The notes: a model not told the origin generated them from the sequence alone. A stretch of 63,715 bases of DNA, filler included, from Octopus bimaculoides (GCF_001194135.2; 4 parts of 4 records of this genome joined end to end with filler, not necessarily neighbours in it), one strand, 5' to 3'. Numbered from the whole stretch's first letter, positions 11,550 through 23,531 are shown. Made by a program: numbers and translations.

Positions 11550-12990
11550 CATCATCATCACCATCAACATTTAATATGCCCGTTTTCCATGCCAGCATGT
11601 GTTGGATGGCTTGACAGGAACTAGCATTAGCCACAACTACAATTTGGCTTCAGAAGTCTTCTCAAGCACTGCATATTGCCAAAGGTCTTGGTCACTTATC
11701 ACCTCTGTGAGGCCCAACATTCAATGGGTGTGTTTTATGTGCCGCCAACATGGGTGCCTGTTACATGACACCATTATCATTCACGACTATGGTTTCACTT
11801 GGTTTGACAAAGTCTTCACAAGCATAGCATATCGCCAAAGGTCTCAGTTACTTATCACCTCTTTGAGGCCCAACATTCAAAGATCATGTTTCACCACTTC
11901 ATCCCATGTCTTTCTGGGTCTACCTCTTCCACAGGTTCCCTCCACAGTTGGAGATTGACACTTTTTTTCTCAGCTGTCTTCGTCCATATGCATCACATGA
12001 CCATACCAGCTCAGTCATCTCTCTTGCACACTAAATTTGATGCCTCTTATCCACAGCTTTTCTCTCAAGACAGTTACACTCTGCCATACATGCACACTTA
12101 CATTGCACATCCAGCAAAGCATACTAGCTTCATTTCTTTCAAGCTTACACATGTCCTCAGTGGTCACAGCCCGTGTTTCACTGCCATGTAGCATGGCTGT
12201 TCATACACAGGCATCATACAGTCTGCCTTTCACTCTGAGAGATAGGTCCTTTGTTACCAACAGAGATAGAAGTTCTTGTGTACATAGCTTACACCAGGTA
12301 CACCTTATGGAGTTTCTACCTATACTTTTTCTACAGATCAAGCAGGGCCATCTACATGAGGGGATTTGTGATTTGTCTGCTCTCCTACTTAGTAAGACTT
12401 TGGTTTTTGCTAGATTAACTCTAAGGCCCTTTGATTCTAGACCTTGCTTCCACTCCTGTAATTTCTTCTCTAGTTCTGGTAGTGATTCAGCTATAAGAAC
12501 AAGGTCATCAGCATAGATGAGCTCCTTGGGGAAGCCTGTCTTAAATTCCTCTGTTATTGCAAGGAGAATTATGATGAACAAGAGGGAGTTCGAGGACTGA
12601 TCTTTGAACTCTTACTTATACCCTGAATTCATTGCTGTACTCATTGCCAACCCTCACCTTACTGACAGCATCTCTGTACATGGCTTGTACAGCTCTCACC
12701 AACCACTCATCAATGCCTAGTTTCTGAATTGGCCACTGGATAAGGCAGTGGGGGACCCTGTCAAAGACTTTCTCCATGTCAACAAAAGCTAAGTACAGAG
12801 GTTTATCTTTGGCTAGGTACTTCTCCTACAGCTGCCTTACCAGATATATAGCATCAGTGATGCTTCTCCCTGGCACATAACCGAACGGCATCTAATGTAG
12901 ACTAACTCTCTTACTAACTAGTTGGGTTTGGACCCTCTCTGCAACTTTCAGCACCTGATCCAACAATTTGATACTACCATAGTTATTTCT
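11550..12990 (-). mobile_element. RTE-clade LINE RT fragment with 3'UTR
   Basis: Minus-strand FPKELIYADDLVLIAESLPELEKKLQEWKQGLESKGLRVNLAKT (RT YADD motif), with internal deletions and a (CAT)n end at about 11550. Confidence 0.88.
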
Positions 12991-13059
12991 ACACACACAC
13001 ACACACACCACCACCACCACCATCATCATTTAATGTTCATTTTCTGTGATGGCATATAC

Positions 13060-13335
13060 ATGTGTGTATGTGTGTGTGTTACTGTCACTTTGTCTTAACA
13101 TTATATGACAATTGTACATCAATGTCACCATTGTGCAAGCAGAGTCCTTGGTTTCCAATCTTCCATGAAAACATGTCTGGTTATGGGGAAATATAACCTT
13201 ACTTGGAAACAAGTGAGGATTGGCAACAGGACAGGCATCCAACTAGAGAAGATCTGCCTCAACAAATTCTGTCTGACCCATGTAAATTTGGAAAAGTAGG
13301 CGTTAGAATGAATGAATGATGATGATGATGATGTT
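13060..13335 (+). mobile_element. SINE 3' half with LINE-like (GAT)n tail (tail type B)
   Basis: (TG)n, then GGAAACAAGTGAGGATTGGCAACAGGACAGGCATCC..TCTGACCCATG..(GAT)n. Homologous to 19430-19790. Confidence 0.65.
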
Positions 13336-13637
13336 GTTGTCATGTACCCTAAGGTCATCTCTGATCAAACAGACCTTTAGGTCAAAGCATTCCTCCCATG
13401 TTCATTCCATCTATTTCATGTATGCAGAGAACTGAGATCCATATTAGCCAACATGTTTATTCCTAAGACGGTGGGGCTGTAAATTGAGTGTGATTTCTAG
13501 CAAGATGAGGAACCAGGTAGAAACTCCCACAAAATAGTGGTGGTGGTGTTGGTGACGGTGGTGTTGGTGATGGTGGTGTGGCTGTTGTTGCTGCAAATGT
13601 AATCTTTAATCACAAATTACATTATTTTTCATTGTAG

Positions 13638-13722
13638 GGTTACCAATTTTTTCATAAAAGAGAAGCAGGAAAATAAAAAGAAGAATAAAGAAGCTAATAA
13701 TGAAAGAACGACTAATGTATAA
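13638..13722 (+). CDS. Candidate terminal coding exon following the TM exon
   Basis: Acceptor attatttttcattgtAG. The phase-2 frame compatible with 3438 reads (R)VTNFFIKEKQENKKKNKEANNERTTNV*. The other two frames stop early. The region is A-rich, so a chance ORF is possible. Confidence 0.35.
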
Positions 13723-13858
13723 GAATGATGAAGAGAACATCAAAGATAGAAAAGCAGAAAATGATACCAAAAAGCCAATCCACTTCACTACTTTCAATTT
13801 AATGACAGTCCACTTTATAGTACAAGATAAACAAAGTGATTCAAAACTCCCTTCAACA

Positions 13859-14010
13859 TTAACCCTTTTGATAATAAACCACTTGAATCCACACTAAGTC
13901 CCATGGTACAAAAACTTTTTTTCTAAAATTATTTGAATTAAAACATTACACAAACATTTCATGTAAATTTTTATTGGAGACATCAGCTTAAAAATTTTAA
14001 TTGTGACACA
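13859..14010 (+). mobile_element. piggyBac-like MITE, left part
   Basis: Starts TTAA|CCCTTTTGATA and resembles the decayed copy at about 48205-48407. Confidence 0.5.
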
Positions 14011-14205
14011 AGGCCAGCAATTTTGATGGGAGGAGGCAAATCAATTACATCTCCCTGGTACTTGATTAGGACTTCTTTTTTATTGACCACCAAAAGGATG
14101 GAAAGCAAAGTCAACCTTGACGGAATTTGAATTCAAAACATAAAACTGGAAGAAATGCCATTAAGTGCCTTGTCTAGCATGATAACAATCCTGCCAGCTC
14201 ATCAA
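14010..14205 (-). mobile_element. OK-like tRNA-derived SINE (decayed)
   Basis: Reverse complement of the GAGCTGGCAG..TTCAAATTCC..GACTTTGCTTTCCATCC family best preserved at 60879-61322. Confidence 0.65.
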
Positions 14206-14619
14206 TTAATTAACGCAAGCTTGATACTTCTTGCTTTCTTTCTTAACATCAGCTTCATAATGACACATAAAACACCTGAGGTGGACCTGGAGCATACATG
14301 GTATGTCAGTGATGAGCTCACAAACAGTAATAAATGGATTAAATGTTAGTTAATAATTTTAAATGAAGTGAAACAGAACTAGAGAGCGTGTTTATTGTTG
14401 GCATAATGATCCTCTCAAGACAACAATAGTAGAGACACTTATATCTTGTCATTTTTAAGACAAAGAACATTTTCCCATTTTATGATAACACTTTTCCAAG
14501 ATTATATATATATATATATAATAATAATATAAGTAATATATAAATATATGCATATATCCATACATATATGTACATACCTACATCTATATGTATACATACA
14601 TGCATATATGGGTATAGGA

Positions 14620-14870
14620 CATGAAAAAAAACGTTAAACACAATGAGAAACAAAAACATAAAAACGAACATTTTTCCGAACAACGAAAAAAACAGAGAAA
14701 TGAGACATGCAACATAAAGAGTATGCCCCTTCGTCAGTTGTCCCTGTTTCATCTACTCCGCGTTTTGAAGGCAAGGACAATACGCGACTTCGTTGAAACA
14801 CTCCTTTCCGCAAAGCAAATTAAATAAAATTTGGGATTTTTTGCAGAGGGTGAAAGTGTAAACAAGAACA
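14620..14870. mobile_element. Interspersed repeat, possibly a Penelope-like terminal repeat
   Basis: CpG-retaining block in an otherwise CpG-poor region, with minus-strand CTGACGAAGG and AAACGCGG motifs. The family is not certain. Confidence 0.35.
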
Positions 14871-16039
14871 AGACAGTAAAAATAAACGGTGAGGGCTGTT
14901 GAGCCAAGACGATAGAAAAATTATTATGAATGCTAGGTAGACGAGCCATGAGAGGAGACAGGAAAAGGCACTTCTTTTCTTTAGGAAGGAAGTGGACAGA
15001 AAGACAGATCCCAGACATGCACAGGGAGACATAACAAATAATCAAAGGTTCAGGCTCAGCCAAAGTTTCCACATGTCATTCCTGTACCCAGCATGGTTTG
15101 ATGAAGGCCATCATATATCCAGATAGGCTAACGTGCAGAATTTAAGCCATGGAGTAGCAATAATAAGTACAGAAAACATAATTATATTTTAAGCTTATAA
15201 AATGCATATTTCTGTAAACCAATTGTTATAATTACACAAGGCAGTTAGTCAGATTGCATAATAAAGCATTCTCAGTAAAAAAAAAACTCAAAGCTCAGTG
15301 AGATGCATGGTTTAATATATTCCAGTTTTGCAAATTACATTCAATATCATTGATATGGTAAAATAGAGTGTGAAGTAGTAGGATGATGTTAAAAGAAGAC
15401 AGATAGATAGTTGATGAGAGAAGGGAGGTCGTCAGTCATGCCTCCCCTCCATACATATTCAGGCAGACACAAACACACACATATTTATGCAATAGTAACA
15501 GGAGGTGAAAAAAGAAGGAACCCCAAGGTGTCATAGGCTCAACAATAATAACATTGGCAACAACAAAATAGCCACTATTGTAAGAACAGTCAGTGGCATA
15601 TATCAGAAAGAGAACTGAGACAATGGATCAGTTGCTATGATAGGTCAATGGTATACATTGTCTCATGTATATTTCATTTTCCTCCCTCCTCTCTATGCGT
15701 GTATGCACCTGGTTATGTATGGAGGGGAGAAATATCCACCACTACCTTCCTCTCATTGATTGCCTATCATCTTTCTTTTTTAAACACAATCCAACAACTT
15801 CACATACTGTCACCTCAATGATATTGAATGTAATTTACAAAGCTGGAATATATTAAAGCATGCATCCCACTGAGCTTTGTATTTTTCACTGAGAATTCTG
15901 ATGAGGTGAATGATTTTCTTTGTATTACACAATCTGACCAATTGTTATGTAAAATGAAAAGCAGTTTACAGTTTGTATGCTTTATTAAAGCTTAAAATGC
16001 CAATTACATTTCCTATGTTTATTATTACTCTCTCTTGCT

Positions 16040-16790
16040 ATCATCATCATCGTTTAACGTCCGCTTTCCATGCTAGCATGGGTTGGACGATTTGACTGAG
16101 GACTGGTGAAACCGGATGGCAACACCAGGCTCCAGTCTGATTTGGCAGAGTTTCTACAGCTGGATGCCCTTCCTAACGCCAACCACTCAGAGAGTGTAGT
16201 GGGTGCTTTTACGTGTCACCCGCACGAAAACGGCCACGCTCGAAATGGTGTCTTTTATGTGCCNNNNNNNNNNNNNNNNNNNNNNNNNNNNNNNNNNNNN
16301 NNNNNNNNNNNNNNNNNNNNNNNNNNNNNNNNNNNNNNNNNNNNNNNNNNNNNNNNNNNNNNNNNNNNNNNNNNNNNNNNNNNNNNNNNNNNNNNNNNNN
16401 NNNNNNNNNNNNNNNNNNNNNNNNNNNNNNNNNNNNNNNNNNNNNNNNNNNNNNNNNNNNNNNNNNNNNNNNNNNCCTCAGCCCAGGTCTTCCTGGGCCT
16501 ACCTCTTCCACGGGTTCCCTCAACTGTTAGGGTGTGGCACTTTTTCACGCAGCTATCCTCCTCCATTCTCACCACATGTCCATACCAGCACAATCGTCTC
16601 TCTTGCACGCCACAACTGATGCTTCTAATGTTCAGCTTTTCTCTCAAGATACTTACACTCTGACGGGTATTCACATTGACATTACACATCCAACGGAGCA
16701 TACTGGCTTCATTCCTTGCGAGCTTACGTATGTCCTCAGCAGTTACAGCCCATGTTTCACTGCCATACACATTAAAGTATTCACAACCAA
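16040..16790 (-). mobile_element. Young RTE LINE 3' end spanning an assembly gap
   Basis: Minus-strand VYGSETWAVTAEDIRKLARNEASMLRWMC..WYGHVVRMEEDSCVKKCHTLTVEGTRGRGRPRKTWAE is open up to the gap. The tail at 16040-16263 is nearly identical to 63425-63660. Confidence 0.9.
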
Positions 16791-17099
16791 ATGCCAAAGA
16801 TAGAATTAAAAATATAACTTTCACAAAATAACAAAATGTAATGTTTATGCATCATTTAAATGCTAAAGAGACTTATGAATTACCTTGTATACATGGGACT
16901 CAACTATAAGACAATGACTTTATATGGGCATAAGGATACATATTTTTTAGGAAAGGAGACAAGAATTTCCCAGAACCTTACCAACAAACAGAACTATAAC
17001 ATATATGTACATTTGACATAGATTTAAAAGTTGTAGTATGGCAGTTTTTTTATAGACACACTGTTGCAGATTTTAAATGATTGGGAATGGGTTTTGTAA

Positions 17100-17440
17100 T
17101 GTTTGTGCAGGTATGGCTGTCTGATTAAGAAGTTTGTTTCCCAATCATATGGTTTCAAGTTCAATCCCAACATGAACTATCTTGGACAAGTGTCATTTAT
17201 TATAGCTTTGGGCCTTGTGAGTGAACTTGGTACATGGGAACTGAAAGAAGCTTACACAAGTGTGTGCTTGCATGTTTGTTTACATATATGCTTCTCCAAA
17301 AATTGCACAGCTACATCAGTGATTATTTGTTCTGTCAAGGGTTTGACTGCTGGCCTTACTTGAAATGCAGGTAAACAGCTAAGGGTTGGTGACAGGTAGA
17401 GCAAGGACTCAAATATATATTTCTTTAACCTCTGCTAGCA
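17100..17440 (+). mobile_element. tRNA-headed SINE (decayed, tail B)
   Basis: GCAGGTATGGCTG..AAGAAGTTTG..GGACAAGTG..ACTGAAAGAAGC head/core and GGGTTGGTGACAGG tail. Confidence 0.6.
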
Positions 17441-19089
17441 GGGAAAATAAATTGATGTAAAAACAAAGAAACTTGCCTTTTCCAAGGACAAATAAGCAAC
17501 AAAAAAGAATGAAGTAAAGAGAACAGGTTACAACCAGAAATCATAACAAAACAAAATAATTTAAAATAATTCAGAAAATAGGGTATATTTTAATGACAAT
17601 AGATTACAAGACAAAACATTCAAGTAATAAGATGTAACAGTATAAGATACCAATATACAAATAAAGCAAAATTAAAATAAAAAGGTGGGTGTGGGTACTG
17701 CTAAATTTCATTCAAGTTTGCACAGTTAAAATCTAAGGGAAACCATACCTCTTTTTACAAGTTTTTAACTTTTTTAAATAAGCTACACATAAAAATAACA
17801 TTTTTTTTTTATTTTTTAGTAATAAATTTTCTTGAAAATTTGAGCAAAATACATCAAAATGTTTTAGAGGAACACTTTGTTAAAGACAGGAATTTTATCC
17901 TATTGTTTTCACTTTTATATATCAGAATTGTTTTTAGTAATTTCAAAGGAACGTTATTATAAAAATAAATAAAACATTCAAAAATGTTTTTTTCCGTTTT
18001 CAATTTTAATTTGAAATTAAGTTTTAGAAACAAATAGCAGTGATAACTACATACATACGTATGCATGTATTTGTTTCATGTGTGTGCTTGTGTGGTACAC
18101 ACATACACATAAAGTGTTTAACTTATAGAGTCTTGTAAGATAAGCAAGATTACATGTCTGACCAGGGTTTCATTCAATCAATTTTCTGGCAAACACTACA
18201 CATCTGTGGATTTCTTTAACAAAATTCTTTTCAATCCACTAATGCATACAATCAACCAAAAACGTTAATTAAATGATATTTTACTATGCATGCATGCATG
18301 CACAGACGTATATATGTATGCATGCATGCATGTATAAGGAACACCATTACAGTATGAAGGACACATATTAGAAATTCAAAATCACATAAAAACTGTTAAC
18401 CCCCACAGACATATATTAATTGGTGTCAAAATTTTCATCAAGCCAAATGCAATCTGGGACACTCATGATCCCGCTGCAGTTAGTGTCAGGAAAATTTTAA
18501 CACAAAATAATAAATGTTTAAATGAAGTTAGCATTTTTTGCATGTTTTGCAAAAGCTAAAATGTATCTTTTACATTGCAATTGCTTTATTTTTAAAACAG
18601 TCTCAGATCACTAGCCTGGTAAGTATATCTCCAAAACATATATAAGCACATACAATTTAGAGAGGGAGGGAGGGGAAGTAATTGTGTGTGTGTGTGCGTG
18701 CGTGCGCGCAATGCATAATAATGTAATTCAGAGTTTGATGTGTACACAGTTTCATTTGAATTCCAATATTTGTTTGTAATAGGAGGGCCAAAACATGAAT
18801 TTAATAGTATAGGGGAAATAAGCACGTTGCATTTCTTTTAACATGGAGATCAGCTTTAAAAATACGAAATACTCTGAAGATCTTCTGGCACAATCTGCAA
18901 ATAAATAAAATAAATAAATAAAAAAAAATTGAGGGGCATTGAATTGTAACAAGGTGAAATTGAAAATGTATTAGTTAAAAACAAAAAGAACAGCAGTAAA
19001 AAAATATGGTTAGGAAGCATTGTTCTACATGGTTTAATTCAACAAACTGTAAAATAAAGACTAGTCCCACTGCATCATTTAATGGTCAG

Positions 19090-19790
19090 CATAGACATAT
19101 CTGTGTGATTAAGAAGCTCACTCGGCAACCACGTTTCAGGTTCAACTTGGGCAAGTGTCTTCTACTATAACCCAAGGCCGATCAGTATCTTGTGAGTGAA
19201 ATTTGGTAGACAGAAATTGTCCAGAAACTCATCGCGCGCGCGTGCGTGTGTGTGTGTCTTTGTTGTCTCAGTTTCACAACCAGTGTTGATTTGTTTACGT
19301 CCTTGCAACTTAGTAGTTCAGCAAAAGAAACTGACAAAAGTACTTAAAAGTACAAATGGACTTTAAAAAATTACTAATGAGGTCAATTTGTTTAACTAAA
19401 TCCTAGCATGGCCAGAATGTTCTCTTCTCAACCAGTTGCTTTCGGGTTCAATCCTACTATACAAGTGCCTTCTAAGGTCCAGTCTGACGAAAGCTTTGAG
19501 TGTATTTGGTAGACAGAAACTGAAAGAAGCCCATTGTGTGTGTGTGTGTGATTGTATTTCTTTGTCTTGAAATTACATGATAGTTGTAAACAAATAACAA
19601 CCATGTAAGCTGTTTCCAAAATTCTGTGGAAACATGTCTGGCTATGGAGAAATATTATCTTGCTTGGAAACAGGTGTGGGTTGGTGACAATGATGGGCAA
19701 CCAGCCATAGAAGATCTGCCTGAATGAATTTTGTCTGACTCAAGCAGGTATAGAAAAGTAGATGTTAAAACAAAGGTGATGATGATGAAA
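19090..19790 (+). mobile_element. Two adjacent SINEs with a shared head and different tails (A at about 19090-19420, B at about 19430-19790)
   Basis: Both carry TTTGGTAGACAGAAA core plus (TG)n. The first ends in GCAAAAGAAAC..CCTAGCATGGCC and the second in GGTTGGTGACAA..(GAT)n. Confidence 0.7.
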
Positions 19791-20060
19791 CCAGTCAGAG
19801 GAGAGGTGAAGGCAATTCCCACAACCGTGCAGGCTCTCCCAGCAAACCATATTCAGCATGAACAGGTGCAGTGAAAGCATGGTTGGAGGAACGAATGCCA
19901 AAGGGTCTCAGTCCTGGAAAGGAAGGACTTGGTAAAAAAGAGGTGTGTCCCCATATATGAAAAAATTCCTAACAAGTTGAAAATAAATTGCACAATTACC
20001 CAAAAAGCAGATCTCAACGAACAGGAGATTGTCATTAAGAGTGTCTCTTCTTTAATATCT

Positions 20061-20194
20061 TCAGAACCTTCTTTGGCGGAACCCATATGGTGTATATGGA
20101 GACTGATAAGCATCATAATGCGGTTGGTAACCAGGATATTGATTATATCTATTACCAGAATATGTATTTTCTTGCTCACTCTCACTTCTTTGAT
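20061..20194 (-). CDS. Terminal coding exon, Tyr/Pro/Gln-rich C-terminus of an unidentified protein
   Basis: Strong acceptor ttattttcttttgttgcAG. The phase-1 frame reads (D)QRSESEQENTYSGNRYNQYPGYQPHYDAYQSPYTPYGFRQRRF*, a composition unlike background ORFs. Non-repetitive 3'UTR-like sequence follows to about 19800. Confidence 0.6.
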
Positions 20195-20409
20195 CTGCAA
20201 CAAAAGAAAATAATGTGAAGTGTTTACTAAATTAACACAATATTAACACCATAACATAGTAAAAGATTCACTAACATTCTCATACAACAATATAACACTA
20301 AGAAGTATTAACTTTCATTCTTATACTGCCTCATATTTCAGGTGTTGGATTTATAGCTGTAAGATTGTGGGTTTGGGAGCGAGAGGACCACTAACTTGAT
20401 TAGCATTAT

Positions 20410-20690
20410 AATCAACCAACCAACATTTATATTGGCTACCCATGCTGGTATCACATAAAAAGCACCTGTACTAACGTCATATAAGAAGCACCCAAGTTGA
20501 TGCCAGATAAAAAGCAGGCAGTACATTCTATAAAGTAGTTGAGGTTAAGAAGGGTATCCAGCCATAGAAACCATACCATACCGTAACAGATGACGGGAGC
20601 CAGGTGCAGCCCCACCAGCTTACCAGCTCCTGTCAAACAATCCAATCCATACCAGAATGGAAAACAGACATATGATGATGATGATGGTGA
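20410..20690 (+). mobile_element. RTE LINE 3' tail
   Basis: TAAAAAGCACC modules, AAGAAGGGTATCCAGCCATAGAAACC and a (GAT)n end. Confidence 0.7.
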
Positions 20691-21254
20691 TGTTCTTTTC
20701 ATAACCTATCTCTCTTTACTATTCAGTCAACATCAATTTTATTTCTGTCCTTGTTTATCTATCATATCCTCTCACTTATATCCCAGCTGACATCGCAAAA
20801 TGGACAATATGGTCAGACGGTGTCAAAATTATGACATTTGGTTGACAACTGATGAAGGGTAGCGCTTGTCTGTATCTGTTGTTTTTCTGCATTTTTGTTT
20901 TCCCTGAAAATTTGTCTGAGTGACTTTTTACATTATGCATATATGTAAAGAGCACACCTCTTGATGCCAGTCGGATAAAGTGCAACTCCAATATAATCAA
21001 CTGCAAATATTGTATAACTTTTCACATGAAATCATGCAATAGCATAGAAACAGAGTAGTACCAAAATAATAATGAGCTAAACTCATTCTTTGTCTTCACT
21101 GGATGATTAAATACACACCCACACATGCATATACATCACAGGTGCATTTGCACAGCACCTGTAAAGGGACAAGTCCATATGTATGAATGGCAGCAATTTT
21201 ACTTGAGAAGACACACCAAGTCATGTAAAATCTCTGTAATCCATACATAGTGGC

Positions 21255-21672
21255 TTGTTCTTTTACAGGTGCCAGTACCACATAAAAATGCATTTGTGCC
21301 AGTACTGTATAAGTACACCCATGCCAGTGGCACATAAAAAGCACCCAGCACACTCTGTGAAGTGCTTGGTGTTACGAAGGGCATCCAGCCATAGAAATCA
21401 TGCCACAAAACACAATAGAAATCTGAGCAACTCCCAGCTGGCCAGCTCCTATCAAACTGTCCAACCCATGCCAACATGGAAAACGATGATATATATATAT
21501 CATCATCGTTTAACGTCCGCTTTCCATGCTAGCATGGGTTTCTACAGCTGGATGCCCTTCCTAACGCCAACCACTCAGAGAGTGTAGTGGGTGCTTTTAC
21601 GTGTCACCCGCACGAAGGCCAGTCAGGCGATACTGGCAACGGCCACGCTCGAAATGGTGTCTTTTATGTGCC
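21255..21672. mobile_element. Two RTE LINE tails joined tail-to-tail (+ about 21255-21490, - about 21500-21672)
   Basis: CCATGCCAACATGGAAAACGATGAT-(AT)n-ATCATCATCGTTTAACGTCCGCTTTCCATGCTAGCATGG. Confidence 0.8.
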
Positions 21673-21772
21673 NNNNNNNNNNNNNNNNNNNNNNNNNNNN
21701 NNNNNNNNNNNNNNNNTTAATTAATTAANNNNNNNNNNNNNNNNNNNNNNNNNNNNNNNNNNNNNNNNNNNN
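21673..21772. other. Artificial 100-bp scaffold join (44 N + TTAATTAATTAA + 44 N)
   Basis: Identical construct at 51411-51510 and 62438-62537. The 12-mer places stop codons in all six frames. Confidence 0.95.
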
Positions 21773-22261
21773 ATAAATATATATATGGTTAGAGCTGTAA
21801 TTTGGTTACTAAGGAGGATGGATATGTATAGAGAGGGCAAGAAAGAAGGGGGACAGAAGGAGATAGAATGAACAGAGAGAGAGAGAGAGAGATAAAAAGA
21901 GAAAAAATCCCCTCTATATACATATTCATACTCCTAAATTAGCAGCCAACTTACTGCTTTAGTCATATATATTGAAATATTTTCATCAATTGCTTCATAT
22001 TTTGAAATGTTTGAAGTGAGGAAGGTTATGTAATGGATACATTTCTTATTATATATTATGTAAACCTGAAACATATATTAAATGATTTCAAAATATCACT
22101 ATTTGGTTTGACTTCATTATTACAACTTGTATGACTCAATGCCAGTACAATCTAGCCGCACCAGACTCCACTTAGGCTGATACTGTAACAATGACTGGGA
22201 GTAGCTTTTTATATTTGTTTCAAATCAAAAATTCTTAGCATAACACAAAATATATACATAC

Positions 22262-22500
22262 ATACATCATCATCAGCATCACTTAATGTCCATTGTCCAT
22301 GCTGGCATGGGTTGAACTGTTTGATCAGGGCTGGTAAGCTGAGGAGCTGCACCAGACTCCAGTCTGATTTGGCATGGTTTCTATGGCTGGATGCCCTTCC
22401 TAACACCAACCACAACAGTGTAATAGGATGCTTTTACGTTCCACCAGCATGGTTGCCAGTTACATGATGCCAGCATCAGCCACATTGCCTCTGTGTGGCC
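22262..22500 (-). mobile_element. RTE LINE 3' tail
   Basis: (CAT)n..CCATGCTGGCATGG..TGGATGCCCTTCCTAACACCAACC. Confidence 0.75.
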
Positions 22501-23074
22501 CAACACTTGAACATATATATATATAATATNNNNNNNNNNNNNNNNNNNNNNNNNNNNNNNNNNNNNNNNNNNNNNNNNNNNNNNNNNNNNNNNNNNNNNN
22601 NNNNNNNNNNNNNNNNNNNNNNNNNNNNNNNNNNNNNNNNNNNNNNNNNNNNNNNNNNNNNNNNNNNNNNNNNNNNNNNNNNNNNNNNNNNNNNNNNNNN
22701 NNNNNNNNNNNNNNNNNNNNNNNNNNNNNNNNNNNNNNNNNNNNNNNNNNNNNNNNNNNNNNNNNNNNNNNNNNNNNNNNNNNNNNNNNNNNNNNNNNNN
22801 NNNNNNNNNNNNNNNNNNNNNNNNNNNNNNNNNNNNNNNNNNNNNNNNNNNNNNNNNNNNNNNNNNNNNNNNNNNNNNNNNNNNNNNNNNNNNNNNNNNN
22901 NNNNNNNNNNNNNNNNNNNNNNNNNNNNNNNNNNNNNNNNNNNNNNNNNNNNNNNNNNNNNNNNNNNNNNNNNNNNNNNNNNNNNNNNNNNNNNNNNNNN
23001 NNNNNNNNNNNNNNNNNNNNNNNNNNNNNNNNNNNNNNNNNNNNNNNNNNNNNNNNNNNATATATATAGATATA

Positions 23075-23330
23075 TGTATCGAAGAATTCACGAAAAAACA
23101 ACAGATGAAGACAGGTGGTGTAAACAACAAATGGATGTATTAGTATAACGCTCAAGAATAGAGAAAGTCTTTAACGTTTCGAGCCTACGCTCTTCAACAG
23201 AAAGGAACACAGAAAGAAACAAGAGGAGAAACAAGAGGAGAAACAAGGAGAGAAAAAAAATATGTGTAGTGTTCAGCGATCTATCATGGCGAATGCTGGA
23301 CAGAAGGGTCACACAGGAGAGTTAAGAAGA
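23075..23330 (-). mobile_element. Penelope-like terminal-repeat fragment
   Basis: CpG-retaining repeat homologous to 1800-1965. It contains the hammerhead-like motif at 23169-23204 and a 13-bp tandem GAAACAAGAGGA(G). Confidence 0.6.
23169..23204 (-). ncRNA. Minimal type I hammerhead ribozyme-like motif (A6U variant)
   Basis: Minus strand reads CTTT-CTGTTGA-A-GAGC(gtag)GCTC-GAA-ACGT-T-AAAG: stem I, core, stem II and a palindromic stem III. Confidence 0.55.
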
Positions 23331-23437
23331 AGAGGAGATAACAAAGAAGTAGTAGTGATCTCAAAACGAAAGTGCGTGTGTGTGAGAAAATGCTGGTGAT
23401 CTTAACACATGCATGTGTGTATGTAGGTGTGAAGGTG

Positions 23438-23477
<40 letters not shown>

Positions 23478-23494
23478 CACACACACACACACGC

Positions 23495-23531
<37 letters not shown>

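Noticed and set aside
18826-18894. Strong - strand acceptor followed by LCQKIFRVFRIFKADLHVKRNAT
   Set aside because: There is no good donor and no recognisable family. A/T-rich pseudo-acceptors are common here.
20776-21000. Acceptor/donor-bounded - strand segments (also about 24831-24898, 25677-25707, 30032-30155)
   Set aside because: They have stops in the usable frames or weak donors. They could be UTR exons but cannot be supported from sequence alone.
21717-21728. TTAATTAATTAA repeated three times inside N runs (also 51455-66 and 62482-93)
   Set aside because: Always centred in an exact 100-bp gap (44 N each side), so it is a six-frame-stop linker added by the assembly pipeline, not biology.
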